This document shows, in pieces, positions 47,452-56,460 of a stretch of DNA of 64,000 nt. Below the pieces are notes generated by a model, which saw only the letters and a program-made list of their open reading frames with translations, did no database searches and had not been told where the DNA came from. How positions within the stretch are numbered: position 1 is the stretch's first letter; the number at the start of each line of letters is the position of its first letter. Origin of the DNA: Flavobacteriaceae bacterium CG2_30_34_30 (GTDB taxonomy: Bacteria > Bacteroidota > Bacteroidia > Flavobacteriales > Flavobacteriaceae); contig MNYN01000011.1 in NCBI GenBank assembly GCA_001873105.1, positions 11,716 through 75,715 on the forward strand, written 5' to 3'. Both the position numbers and the translations under genes were made by a program.

Positions 47452-48528
47452 ATGAAGATAACTTTAATTGGTTTTGGATTATTTTGTATTCTTGCTACTA
47501 TTATGCCCTTTATAGCAACAAAGAAATGGTGGATAAGAGTTTTTGATTTTCCACATTTGCAATTAACCATTTTAAGTCTTGTTGTTCTAGTGATTTCTTT
47601 AAAAGTATTTAATTTTAATAACATATTAGAGTTTATAGTTTTTTTGTTGTTAGGAATAACTAGCCTCTATCAATTGCGATTGATCTTGCCTTATACCCCA
47701 CTTTCAAAAAAACAAGTAGCAACCACAAAAAACCATAAAAAAGAGAATTCCATAAGAGTTTTTTCGGCAAATGTTTTTCAAGATAATTCCGATTTTTCAT
47801 CTTTTTTAAAAGTATTCAGAAATGCCAACCCTGATATTGCAGTTCTTTTAGAAACAGACAGATGGTGGAAAGAGAAAATACAACCTTTAAAAGCGGATTA
47901 TTTGCATACTGTAGAATATCCATTAGACAATTATTATGGCATCATTTTACTTAGTAAACTTCCCTTAAAAAATACAGAAGTTAAATTTTTAGTAAACAAT
48001 AATATTCCTTCTATTCATGCTAGTGTACAACTCCCAAATCTTACTTGGATAAAATTATACTGTTTGCATCCAATGCCCCCAAGCCCATCTGAAAATGAAT
48101 CCTCTTTAGACAGGGATACGGAATTGCTACTGGTTGCCAAAAACATCTCCAGTCAGGAATATCCGGTTATTGTTCTTGGCGATTTAAATGATGTGGCATG
48201 GTCGCATACTACAAGAATGTTTCAACGAATAAGCCGTCTTTTAGACCCTAGAATTGGTCGCGGATTTTTCAACACGTTTCATACAAAATATCCATTATTT
48301 CGTTGGCCTTTAGACCATTTGTTTGTGTCCAATGATTTTCAACTTCTTGAATTAAAAAGATTAAAATCCATTGGTTCTGACCACTTTCCTATATTTGCGG
48401 AGTTGTGTCATAATAGCCATACCGAACAAAACAACTCTCCAGAAAAGGCCTCAAAGGAAGACAAAATAGAGACAAAAGATACTATCCGGGAGGGCTTAAA
48501 AGAAAATGGGAAATCGCAAACCCTATAA
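47452..48528 (+). CDS. Endonuclease/exonuclease/phosphatase family protein (YafD-like) with N-terminal TMs
   Basis: LLETD, HPMPP, GDLND, LDHLF, GSDHFP. Confidence 0.9.
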   Translation: MKITLIGFGLFCILATIMPFIATKKWWIRVFDFPHLQLTILSLVVLVISLKVFNFNNILEFIVFLLLGITSLYQLRLILPYTPLSKKQVATTKNHKKENSIRVFSANVFQDNSDFSSFLKVFRNANPDIAVLLETDRWWKEKIQPLKADYLHTVEYPLDNYYGIILLSKLPLKNTEVKFLVNNNIPSIHASVQLPNLTWIKLYCLHPMPPSPSENESSLDRDTELLLVAKNISSQEYPVIVLGDLNDVAWSHTTRMFQRISRLLDPRIGRGFFNTFHTKYPLFRWPLDHLFVSNDFQLLELKRLKSIGSDHFPIFAELCHNSHTEQNNSPEKASKEDKIETKDTIREGLKENGKSQTL

Positions 48529-48913
48529 TTTCATCATGGTCAAAAGCTAATTTTGGGAGTTTATCTATAGCAAACCACTTTGCATCTTTAGCATCATCAG
48601 CTCCTTTCGGAATGGCATTTGCTTCTGAAAACCCCACAAAAGCAACTGAAATCGTTCTTCCTCTTGGGTCTCTTCCCAATTTTCCGAAAGTTTTTAATTG
48701 CTTAAAATTGGAATACACTATTCCGGTTTCTTCAAATAACTCTCGCACCACGGCTGTATTTAAATTTTCTTCATCTTCAACAAAACCACCGGGCAATGCC
48801 CATTGATTTTGAAATGGTGAATTTTTTCGTTGTATCAATAAAATTAGGTGCTTATTTTTATTTTTTTGAAAAACTACAGCGTCAACAGTTACAAAAATAT
48901 TTTGTTTTCTCAT
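48482..48913 (-). CDS. NUDIX hydrolase (ADP-ribose pyrophosphatase-like)
   Basis: Nudix box PGGFVEDEENLNTAVVRELFEETG and RDPRG. Confidence 0.92.
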   Translation of the reverse strand: MRKQNIFVTVDAVVFQKNKNKHLILLIQRKNSPFQNQWALPGGFVEDEENLNTAVVRELFEETGIVYSNFKQLKTFGKLGRDPRGRTISVAFVGFSEANAIPKGADDAKDAKWFAIDKLPKLAFDHDEIIGFAISHFLLSPPG

Positions 48914-48992
48914 TTTTAAAAAGGTGTCTAAATTATTTGTAACTTTTCAACCACTTTCGATACTTATTGTGCAAATTAATTAAAAAAATATT

Positions 48993-49727
48993 ATGAAAAA
49001 AATACAAACTTTTTTAACCCCCTTTTTGTTTCTTTTTATTCTTACGCTTCAAGCACAAACAGCTGATGACGTATTACTTAACTATTTTGAAAATACCGGT
49101 GGATTGGAAAAATGGAATGCTTTAGAAGGATTAAAAATGAGTGGCGTTGCCAATACACAAGGAATGGAAATTCCTGTGGACATCATTCAACTAAAAGATG
49201 GAAGCCAAGCGGTAATTATTAATTTTCAGGGGCAGACAATCACACAATTTGCTTTTGATGGCGAACAAATGTGGTCTACAAATTTTATGACTATGCAACC
49301 TGAAAAAAGTGATAGTGAAGCCACTGCAAATATGAAAAAAGCAGCAAAAGACTTTCCTTCACCTTTTTTAAATTACAAAGAAAAAGGCTATTCTGTAGAA
49401 TTTATAGGCAAAGAAACCAAAGAAGGTACTGAAACATTTAAACTAAAACTTACACAAGATCCCATTTTAGTAAATGGCGTTGAAGAGCCAAATGTTAGTT
49501 TTCATTATTTTGATACCGAAAATTTTGCATTAATTGTTTCGGAAACACAAATCAAAGAAGGTCCAATGCAAGGGCAAACAATGACCTCTACAATGAGCGG
49601 ATATCAAGAAGTGGATGGATTATTTTTTCCTTTTGATATGAGCATGTCTGGACAGGGTATTTCCATTAAATCAATAGAACTAAACCCGAAAGTTGAAAAA
49701 ACGCTATTTGCTTTTCCTGGTGAATAA
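48993..49727 (+). CDS. Secreted LolA-like (outer-membrane lipoprotein-sorting fold) protein
   Basis: Signal peptide, YFENTGGLEKW, beta-rich body, YQEVDGLFFPF. Confidence 0.65.
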   Translation: MKKIQTFLTPFLFLFILTLQAQTADDVLLNYFENTGGLEKWNALEGLKMSGVANTQGMEIPVDIIQLKDGSQAVIINFQGQTITQFAFDGEQMWSTNFMTMQPEKSDSEATANMKKAAKDFPSPFLNYKEKGYSVEFIGKETKEGTETFKLKLTQDPILVNGVEEPNVSFHYFDTENFALIVSETQIKEGPMQGQTMTSTMSGYQEVDGLFFPFDMSMSGQGISIKSIELNPKVEKTLFAFPGE

Positions 49728-49744
49728 TTTTTAGTAATTCATTT

Positions 49745-49775
49745 AAAATCCCCTTCAAAAAAAGGGGGTTTTTTT
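49745..49775 (+). terminator. Terminator-like hairpin between the LolA-like and VPS10-like genes
   Basis: AAAATCCCCTT-CAAAAA-AAGGGGGTTTT followed by Ts. Confidence 0.55.
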
Positions 49776-49789
49776 AATATCAACAGCTT

Positions 49790-52700
49790 ATGAAAAATAG
49801 TATATTATATGTTTTAGTTTTCTTTCTTTCATTACCTACAGTTTTTTCACAAGAAATTCCAATAAAAGGTAAAGAACTGTTTGGAAATTTAAAAGCCCGA
49901 CATATAGGTCCCGCAGTAATGAGTGGGAGAATTTCTGACATCGAACTTCATCCCAGCAATGCTAATATTATCTATGCTGGAGCTGCTGGAGGTGGTGTAT
50001 GGAAATCAATTGATGGAGGCACCTTCTTCACCCCTATTTTTGACGAACATGCACAATCTATTGGAAGTATTGCTATTGACCCTACCGACCCTGATAATAC
50101 AGTATGGGTTGGAACAGGAGAAACCTGGGTGCGAAATAGTGTTTCGATAGGAGACGGAATTTATAAAACTACCGATGGAGGCACCAACTGGAAAAAAATG
50201 GGATTAGAAAAATCGGAACGAATTTCCGGTATAAAAATAAACCCAAACAACAACAATGAAGTGTTTGTAGGAGTAATGGGTGCTCTTTGGGGGGATAGTA
50301 AAGACCGCGGTGTTTACAAAACTTCGGATGGTGGTGTAACTTGGGAAAACATTCTTTATATTGATGAAAAGACAGGCGTTGCTGACCTTGCAATGGATCC
50401 AAACAATCCTAATATTCTTTATGCTTCTATGTGGCAGTTTAGACGTTCTCCTTGGAGTTTTAGTTCGGGTGGTGAAAATAGCGGCCTTTTTAAAACCACG
50501 GATGGAGGAAAAACTTGGAATAAAATACACAGCGGTTTTCCTAAAGGGAAATTAGGCAGAATTGGTTTAGCCATTGCACCATCACAACCACAAACGGTAT
50601 ATATCGTTTTAGAAACCGAAGAAGCAAAAAGTAATGGATTATACCGATCAGATGATGGAGGAAATTCTTGGAATCACCTAAATAACAACTTTGAATTAGT
50701 AGTAAGACCCTTCTATTTTTCTAGAATTACCATAGACCCTAAAAATCCGGATATTTTAGTGAAAGGTGGACTAAACGGTGCGATAAGTCGCGATGGTGGT
50801 AAAACATTCAAACCACTTGGCACAATGCATCCTGACATACACGATATTGCTTTTCACATCAACAATTCAGATATTATGTTTGTTGGCACTGATGGTGGCG
50901 TATATCGTTCTTGGAATGGAGGAAGTACATTGGAAATTGTAGAAAATATTCCTGTCTCTCAATATTATCATGTAAGTGTGGACAATGCAGAACCTTATAA
51001 TGTTTACGGGGGCTTACAAGACAATGGCTCTTGGTATGGCCCATCTTCTGCTCCCGGTGGCGTAAAAGCAAAACATTGGAATAGCGTTGGCATTGGTGAT
51101 GGTTTTAGAGTGTTAAAACATCCCACTAAAAATATTATTTATTCTGAAATGCAAGGCGCAGCTAATGTTTGGCGCTATGACGTGGATAGAGTGCAAACAA
51201 AAACCATTCAACCAATGGCCGAAAAAGGAGATCCTAAATTGCGTTTCAACTGGAATACTCCTATGGCATTAAGCAAATTTCATCCAGATCGTTTTTATAT
51301 GGGAAGTCAGTTTTTACACAAATCAGAAGATATGGGTGATACTTGGGTGAAAATTTCGCCGGATTTAACCACAAATGATTTAAAAAAACAAGACCAATCT
51401 CAATCAGGTGGTCTATCCATTGATAATTCCGGTGCCGAAACACACACTACTATTTTTACTATAGCTGAATCTCCTTTGGATGAAAATATAATTTGGGTAG
51501 GTACGGATGATGGCAATGTACAAGTAACCCAAGATGCAGGAAAAACTTGGACAAATACAATAGCCAATGTTCCAAATTTACCTAAAAACACGTGGTGCTA
51601 TAAAGTTTATGCAAGTAATTTTAATAAAGGTGCTGCTTATGCCGTTTTTGAAGGACATGCCACAGGCAATATGACGCCATATGCGTATAAAACCACAGAT
51701 TTCGGAAGAACCTGGAAAAGTATTATTACAGAAGATGTTAAAGGTTTTGCAAGAAGCATACTCGAAGACTATAAAAATGAAAATCTATTATTTTTAGGAA
51801 CAGAATTTGGTTTGTATATTACCGTTGATGGTGGAATAAATTGGTCCCAATTTACAAACAATATGCCTGCTGCTGCGGTGATGTATATAGCTTTACAAGA
51901 AAAAACCAATGATTTGGTGTTAGCCACGCACGGAAGAGGTATTATTATTATTGATGATATATCCCCACTTCGTGAAGTGACCAACGAAATAATGAATAAA
52001 GAAGTGCATTTCTTTTCTTCAAAACCTATGGTAATGCCTGAGGAAGGTGGGTTTTCTGAATACTTTGGTACTGAAACGCAATTTGTTGGTCAAAACCCTT
52101 CTACAAACGCTCGAATTGTTTACTATTTAAACAAACGACATACCTTTGGAAAAATGGAAATGGAAGTGCAAGATTTACAAGGCAATACCATTGCAAAATT
52201 AAACCCGGGCAAATCCAAAGGATTAAATATTGTGGATTGGACATTTACTTCCAGAGGACCAAAAATAGCGGAAGCAAAGACCATTAGTTTTGGTGGTTTT
52301 ACAGCACCAAGAGTGCCTGCTGGAAAATACAATGTAGTAATGACAAAAGGAAAAGATACTTTTATACAACCTATCGAACTAATTTATGACCCTAATAGTT
52401 TAGTTACTGATGAAGGAAGAAAGGAAAGAAACAACATGGTAAAAATTCTTTTTGATATGAATGAAAATCTTGCTTACACGGTATATAAAATGAATATCTC
52501 CATAAAAAGAGCCGAGGATTTGTTACTTGAAGATGCTAATGCCAAGAAAGTGGCACAGCCTGTTATAAACGATTTAAATACCTTGTTAAAAACAATGGTC
52601 GTTACCACAGGCGATAACTATGTAGCCAGTGCAGAGCCGGAATTACGTGAAAAACTAGCTGATTTATATAGCAGTGTCACCAATAATTACGACAGACCTA

Positions 52701-52867
52701 CGGGTGCTCAAATGGCTAATTATGAAGCTATAAAAGAAAAATATGACAGCGCATTGACAAGCTATAAAGCAATTCATAAAAAACAAGTGTCTAAACTGGA
52801 AGATTATTTAAAGAAACAGAACAAAACCCCTTTAGAATTTAAAAGTTTTGAGGAGTTTTTAAAATAA
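49790..52867 (+). CDS. Secreted BNR/Asp-box beta-propeller protein (VPS10/sortilin-like, often labelled glycosyl hydrolase)
   Basis: Many Asp-box repeats (S/T-x-DGG-x-(T/S)W), GPAVMSGRI, HPDIH, ATHGRG. Confidence 0.88.
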   Translation: MKNSILYVLVFFLSLPTVFSQEIPIKGKELFGNLKARHIGPAVMSGRISDIELHPSNANIIYAGAAGGGVWKSIDGGTFFTPIFDEHAQSIGSIAIDPTDPDNTVWVGTGETWVRNSVSIGDGIYKTTDGGTNWKKMGLEKSERISGIKINPNNNNEVFVGVMGALWGDSKDRGVYKTSDGGVTWENILYIDEKTGVADLAMDPNNPNILYASMWQFRRSPWSFSSGGENSGLFKTTDGGKTWNKIHSGFPKGKLGRIGLAIAPSQPQTVYIVLETEEAKSNGLYRSDDGGNSWNHLNNNFELVVRPFYFSRITIDPKNPDILVKGGLNGAISRDGGKTFKPLGTMHPDIHDIAFHINNSDIMFVGTDGGVYRSWNGGSTLEIVENIPVSQYYHVSVDNAEPYNVYGGLQDNGSWYGPSSAPGGVKAKHWNSVGIGDGFRVLKHPTKNIIYSEMQGAANVWRYDVDRVQTKTIQPMAEKGDPKLRFNWNTPMALSKFHPDRFYMGSQFLHKSEDMGDTWVKISPDLTTNDLKKQDQSQSGGLSIDNSGAETHTTIFTIAESPLDENIIWVGTDDGNVQVTQDAGKTWTNTIANVPNLPKNTWCYKVYASNFNKGAAYAVFEGHATGNMTPYAYKTTDFGRTWKSIITEDVKGFARSILEDYKNENLLFLGTEFGLYITVDGGINWSQFTNNMPAAAVMYIALQEKTNDLVLATHGRGIIIIDDISPLREVTNEIMNKEVHFFSSKPMVMPEEGGFSEYFGTETQFVGQNPSTNARIVYYLNKRHTFGKMEMEVQDLQGNTIAKLNPGKSKGLNIVDWTFTSRGPKIAEAKTISFGGFTAPRVPAGKYNVVMTKGKDTFIQPIELIYDPNSLVTDEGRKERNNMVKILFDMNENLAYTVYKMNISIKRAEDLLLEDANAKKVAQPVINDLNTLLKTMVVTTGDNYVASAEPELREKLADLYSSVTNNYDRPTGAQMANYEAIKEKYDSALTSYKAIHKKQVSKLEDYLKKQNKTPLEFKSFEEFLK

Positions 52868-52887
52868 AAAAGGAATACCATTGGATA

Positions 52888-52918
52888 AAAGGAGAAATGA
52901 ATTTATTATTTCTCCTTT
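52888..52918. terminator. Bidirectional terminator hairpin
   Basis: AAAGGAGAAAT / ATTTCTCCTTT between convergent genes. Confidence 0.7.
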
Positions 52919-54278
52919 ATTTTTTAATATATACAGTTTTTACATTCACAAATTCCCGAATTCCTTCTTTACTTAATTCTCTGCCATATCCGGAGGCTTT
53001 AATTCCTCCAAAAGGTAATCTGGGATCACTTTTAACCAATTCATTAATAAACACAGCACCATCCTCAAATTTTGAAAGAATTTGTTCCATTTTTTCTAAA
53101 TTTTCAGAAAATAATGAAACACCTAAACCAAACTTGGATGTATTAGAAAGTAAAATTGCTTCTTCCTCTGTTTTGAAAGTAGTTACAGAAAGAACAGGTC
53201 CAAAAGTTTCTTCTTGAAAGACAGATGCATTTTCGTTCACATTTACAAGAATTGTCGGTTCAAAATAAGTGCCTTGCCGCTTTCCTCCTAGTACTATTTT
53301 TGCTCCTTGTTTAACGGATTTTTCAACCTGTTTTTCTAATTCTATAGCAAGATCTTCTCTTGCCATTACACCAATATAAGTAGATGCATCTATCGGGTTT
53401 CCACTTTTTAATTTGCGTACTTTAAAAACAAGTTTTGCAATAAAATTTTCTGCTATGGATGCATCAATAAGTAATCGTTTACCTGCAATACAACTTTGCC
53501 CGGTATTTTGAAATCGTGCTTGCACGCATGTAGCTATCGCTTTGTCGATATTTGCATCCTTAAAAATGATTAGAGCATTGCTGCCACCAAGTTCTAAAAC
53601 CGTTTTTTTGATATATTGGCCGGCTATTGACGCTACCGATGCCCCTGCAGATTCACTTCCTGTTAAGGTTACTGCTTTTATAATAGGGTTTTTAATTATT
53701 GCCTCTATGGCATCGCTTTCTACAAGTAATGTTGTAAAACAAGCCTCCGGAAAACCGGCGCGCTCAAAGACTTTCTGTATCATTAATGCAGAGCCAAAAA
53801 CGTTTGATGCGTGTTTTAATACAGCAACATTTCCGGCCATCAATGCAGGAGCTGCAAAACGAAATACCTGCCAAAAAGGATAATTCCACGGCATTATAGC
53901 TAAAACAACCCCTAATGGTTCATAAGTTATATAACTTTTAAAAGCATCTGTTTTTATGTATTCGGTTGCCAATTGTTTTTCGGCATTATCTGCATAAAAA
54001 TCACAAACTAAAGCACACTTTTCGACTTCTGAAATGGCTTGTGAAATTGGTTTTCCCATTTCGTTTGAAATCATTTTTGCATATTCTTGCTTGTTTTTAA
54101 GTAATTCTTTGCCCGCATTTTTCAGCAACACGCCACGCTGAGCAATTGGAGAGTTTTTCCACAAAAGAAACTGTTTGTTTGCACTTTTTAAAATAGTGGT
54201 AACTTCCTTGTTTGTGTGTGTGGTATAGGTTTTTAAATCTTTTCCTGAATACGGATTTATCGATGTAACAATTGCCAT
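52917..54278 (-). CDS. NAD(P)-dependent succinate-semialdehyde dehydrogenase (GabD1/Sad-like)
   Basis: MPWNYPFWQ, TGSESAG, ELGGS, GQSCIA, EETFGP. ATG at 54278 preferred. Confidence 0.9.
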   Translation of the reverse strand: MAIVTSINPYSGKDLKTYTTHTNKEVTTILKSANKQFLLWKNSPIAQRGVLLKNAGKELLKNKQEYAKMISNEMGKPISQAISEVEKCALVCDFYADNAEKQLATEYIKTDAFKSYITYEPLGVVLAIMPWNYPFWQVFRFAAPALMAGNVAVLKHASNVFGSALMIQKVFERAGFPEACFTTLLVESDAIEAIIKNPIIKAVTLTGSESAGASVASIAGQYIKKTVLELGGSNALIIFKDANIDKAIATCVQARFQNTGQSCIAGKRLLIDASIAENFIAKLVFKVRKLKSGNPIDASTYIGVMAREDLAIELEKQVEKSVKQGAKIVLGGKRQGTYFEPTILVNVNENASVFQEETFGPVLSVTTFKTEEEAILLSNTSKFGLGVSLFSENLEKMEQILSKFEDGAVFINELVKSDPRLPFGGIKASGYGRELSKEGIREFVNVKTVYIKK

Positions 54279-54444
54279 TATTGGATTATTTTTTTTTATA
54301 ATTAAAGATACTATATTGTTGCTATAACACCCTTTTGTTTGACTTAATTTTAACGAAATACTTGTTAATAACATAGTTTATAAATACAAGAACTTGCTAT
54401 TTTTATACGTAAGAATATTACCTACTTTTAATAAAACTTCTATT

Positions 54445-54852
54445 ATGATAACTCGAGATATAGAGCTCCTTGCTCTAAGACCCGAAATTTCTTCTGCTAT
54501 TGTTCGTGCTGAAATGAGTTTTGATGAAAAGTTTCAAAACAAAACCCTTCGACCGATAATTAAATTACAAAATGATTTGCTGCTTGCTTCTTTTCGAAAT
54601 TATATCAGTAAATACAAAAATGGTTTTTACACTTTAGCCATTGAAAAGCGATTGGATTTTATTGAAAATGCCGTTCAAAAAGACATAAAATTTAGAAACG
54701 CATTAAAAGGAATGGTTATTGGGCAGTTTACATTGGAAGAATTTGAACTCTATATTCAAAATTCGTCAGCGTTAAACAAAAGAATGATGCATTTAGTTAT
54801 AGAGCGAATTAAAAACAACATTCAGTTACTGGAATACGAATATAGCCATTAA
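54445..54852 (+). CDS. Conserved helical hypothetical protein
   Basis: FQNKTLRPIIKLQ motif. ATG at 54445 preferred. Confidence 0.7.
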   Translation: MITRDIELLALRPEISSAIVRAEMSFDEKFQNKTLRPIIKLQNDLLLASFRNYISKYKNGFYTLAIEKRLDFIENAVQKDIKFRNALKGMVIGQFTLEEFELYIQNSSALNKRMMHLVIERIKNNIQLLEYEYSH

Positions 54853-54886
54853 TACCCTTGGTATTGTTACCCTAAAAAATAAGAAG

Positions 54887-55624
54887 TTAAGAAACACCTA
54901 AAATTTGGAGCATTAAAAAGCCGATAATTATAGTGACTGAAAAACTCATTAGTGTTCCTATAAGTACATATTCGGTTTGTTTTCTCCCACTGCTTTTTCC
55001 TTTATCATTAAATCGCAGTATCGATTTTGCTGCAATTAAAAATCCAATAGCGGCTATGTTATAGGTTAGTACAAAAGTGAGTACTAAAATTCGTTCAAAA
55101 ATTCCTATATATCGACCGGCTTTTTGTAAACTGTCGAGCTCGCCATCTTTTGCTATTTCCACTTGCCAGTGTTTGGTGGCCTTGCCAATGATAAAACCAA
55201 TGGGTGAAATTGCAAGTAAATAACCAATAAATAGAACCATCGTGTTTTTTGAATGTAAAAAATTATCTATAAATGGCATAATTTGTTGAAAATTTGCAGT
55301 TAGATATAACCAAGCTAAAAGCAAAACTAGCAAATGAAAAAGTTGATCTAAAAGAAAATACTTTAAGTTATCTTCTTTTTTATTTAATTTCCACAAATCA
55401 ATAAAAAAGTGCGTGATTATAATGAGTATGGGTATAAAAATCTGACTCCATTGTTGTAAAAACAAATAGGTTAAAAATCCGGCAATACCTGCATGAATAT
55501 ATAAAAATGGAGCTCTTGCCTTTTTTTCTCTTTTTTGTTGAATGTATTTAACAGGTTGAAGCGCAAAATCAGTCAGCAAATGTGCCAAAAGAAGTTGTAG
55601 TGCTATAAGTATACTTTCATTCAT
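54887..55624 (-). CDS. DUF3307-family membrane protein (SatE-like partner of SatD)
   Basis: AHLLTDF, HAGI, THFFID, DQLFH, GIFER, AAKSILRF, GTLMS. ATGA overlap with the satD stop. Confidence 0.85.
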   Translation of the reverse strand: MNESILIALQLLLAHLLTDFALQPVKYIQQKREKKARAPFLYIHAGIAGFLTYLFLQQWSQIFIPILIIITHFFIDLWKLNKKEDNLKYFLLDQLFHLLVLLLAWLYLTANFQQIMPFIDNFLHSKNTMVLFIGYLLAISPIGFIIGKATKHWQVEIAKDGELDSLQKAGRYIGIFERILVLTFVLTYNIAAIGFLIAAKSILRFNDKGKSSGRKQTEYVLIGTLMSFSVTIIIGFLMLQILGVS

Positions 55625-56274
55625 CGGTTATAATTTTTAGTCATTACATGGTCAAAACGCTGTAAAAGCAATTGTATTTCTTCCCAGCCTGCAGCTTTTT
55701 TTCGGAGGTTGATTGCCGCTTGACTTCGAGATACTATGTCTGCTATTTGTTGTTCCTTTAGCCCTTTTAATAAATAATATACCACCTCTGCCGATGCGGT
55801 TGACCATTTATCAGTAAGCATATCTAAAAATTTTAAACTTACTAAAAATTCGCCATTAATTTCTTCATTTGAGGTTTTTAGGCTTAGTTTTTTATTTTCA
55901 AATTTCATATTATCCAATGTTTTTCCTGAAAAATGAAAAGCTTCTCCATTAGACTCTGCAATAGCATTTTCATTATACTCTGCCACCCCTATTCCAATGG
56001 CGATGCGCACATCGGCTGTAGGATTGGTTGTTTTTTTAAAATTTGTGCTTTGCACTTTTAGCACCGATGCCTTCAGTTGTAATGCAATTTGTAATGCATA
56101 CTTTGGTTGTTTTACTATTCCTTGAAAACTATCCCCTCTAAATATCGTAAACATCGCTTCTTTTTGTGAAGCTATTTCTTCAAATTCATCTTTTAAATGA
56201 GCCAATACCTTTTGAAAGGTTTTCTTGTCGTAGGCTGTTGAATTTATTAAATCGGCTGTTAAAACGGCTACCAT
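55621..56274 (-). CDS. SatD-family protein: nucleotidyl-cyclase-like domain plus C-terminal HTH
   Basis: VLTADLINS, FRGDSFQG, VRIAIGIG, NGEAF; HTH KEQQIADIVSRSQAAINLR. Confidence 0.85.
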   Translation of the reverse strand: MVAVLTADLINSTAYDKKTFQKVLAHLKDEFEEIASQKEAMFTIFRGDSFQGIVKQPKYALQIALQLKASVLKVQSTNFKKTTNPTADVRIAIGIGVAEYNENAIAESNGEAFHFSGKTLDNMKFENKKLSLKTSNEEINGEFLVSLKFLDMLTDKWSTASAEVVYYLLKGLKEQQIADIVSRSQAAINLRKKAAGWEEIQLLLQRFDHVMTKNYNR

Positions 56275-56293
56275 AGTGCGAGTTTAGTTTGAT

Positions 56294-56325
56294 CAAATAT
56301 AAGTCATTTGACTTATAAAAGCAAA
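56294..56325 (-). promoter_or_regulatory. Sigma-A promoter of satD: TTTG (56325-56322) - N20 - TATATTTG (56301-56294)
   Basis: Both Bacteroidota consensus boxes at the canonical 19-21 nt spacing, 20 nt before the ATG. Confidence 0.7.
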
Positions 56326-56375
56326 TTATAAGCCTTATGCCTTATAAATAGATATTATAAGCTTTTAGACTTATA
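56298..56375. promoter_or_regulatory. Array of three 20-bp palindromes TATAAG-N8-CTTATA at a 29-bp period (putative operators)
   Basis: 56298 TATAAGTCATTTGACTTATA; 56327 TATAAGCCTTATGCCTTATA; 56356 TATAAGCTTTTAGACTTATA. Confidence 0.8.
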
Positions 56376-56433
56376 ATATTAGTGAAAATACATTATTTAT
56401 CAAAAACATGACGAATATGAAGGTAAATGAAAC

Positions 56434-56441
56434 TATTTTTG
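56434..56441 (+). promoter_or_regulatory. Sigma-A -7 element (TATTTTTG) for the Gre-like gene
   Basis: Exact TAnnTTTG match 19 nt before the ATG at 56461. Confidence 0.55.
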
Positions 56442-56460
56442 CAAACTTAAAATTTCACTT

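Noticed and set aside
47452-48913. 47-bp tail-to-tail overlap of the EEP and NUDIX genes as a frameshift sign
   Set aside because: Both proteins retain complete catalytic motifs; only low-complexity tails overlap.
56298-56375. CRISPR mini-array reading of the 29-bp periodic palindromes
   Set aside because: The constant part is only two 6-bp arms, the gaps are 8-9 bp (far shorter than spacers), and no cas genes are present. An operator array fits better.
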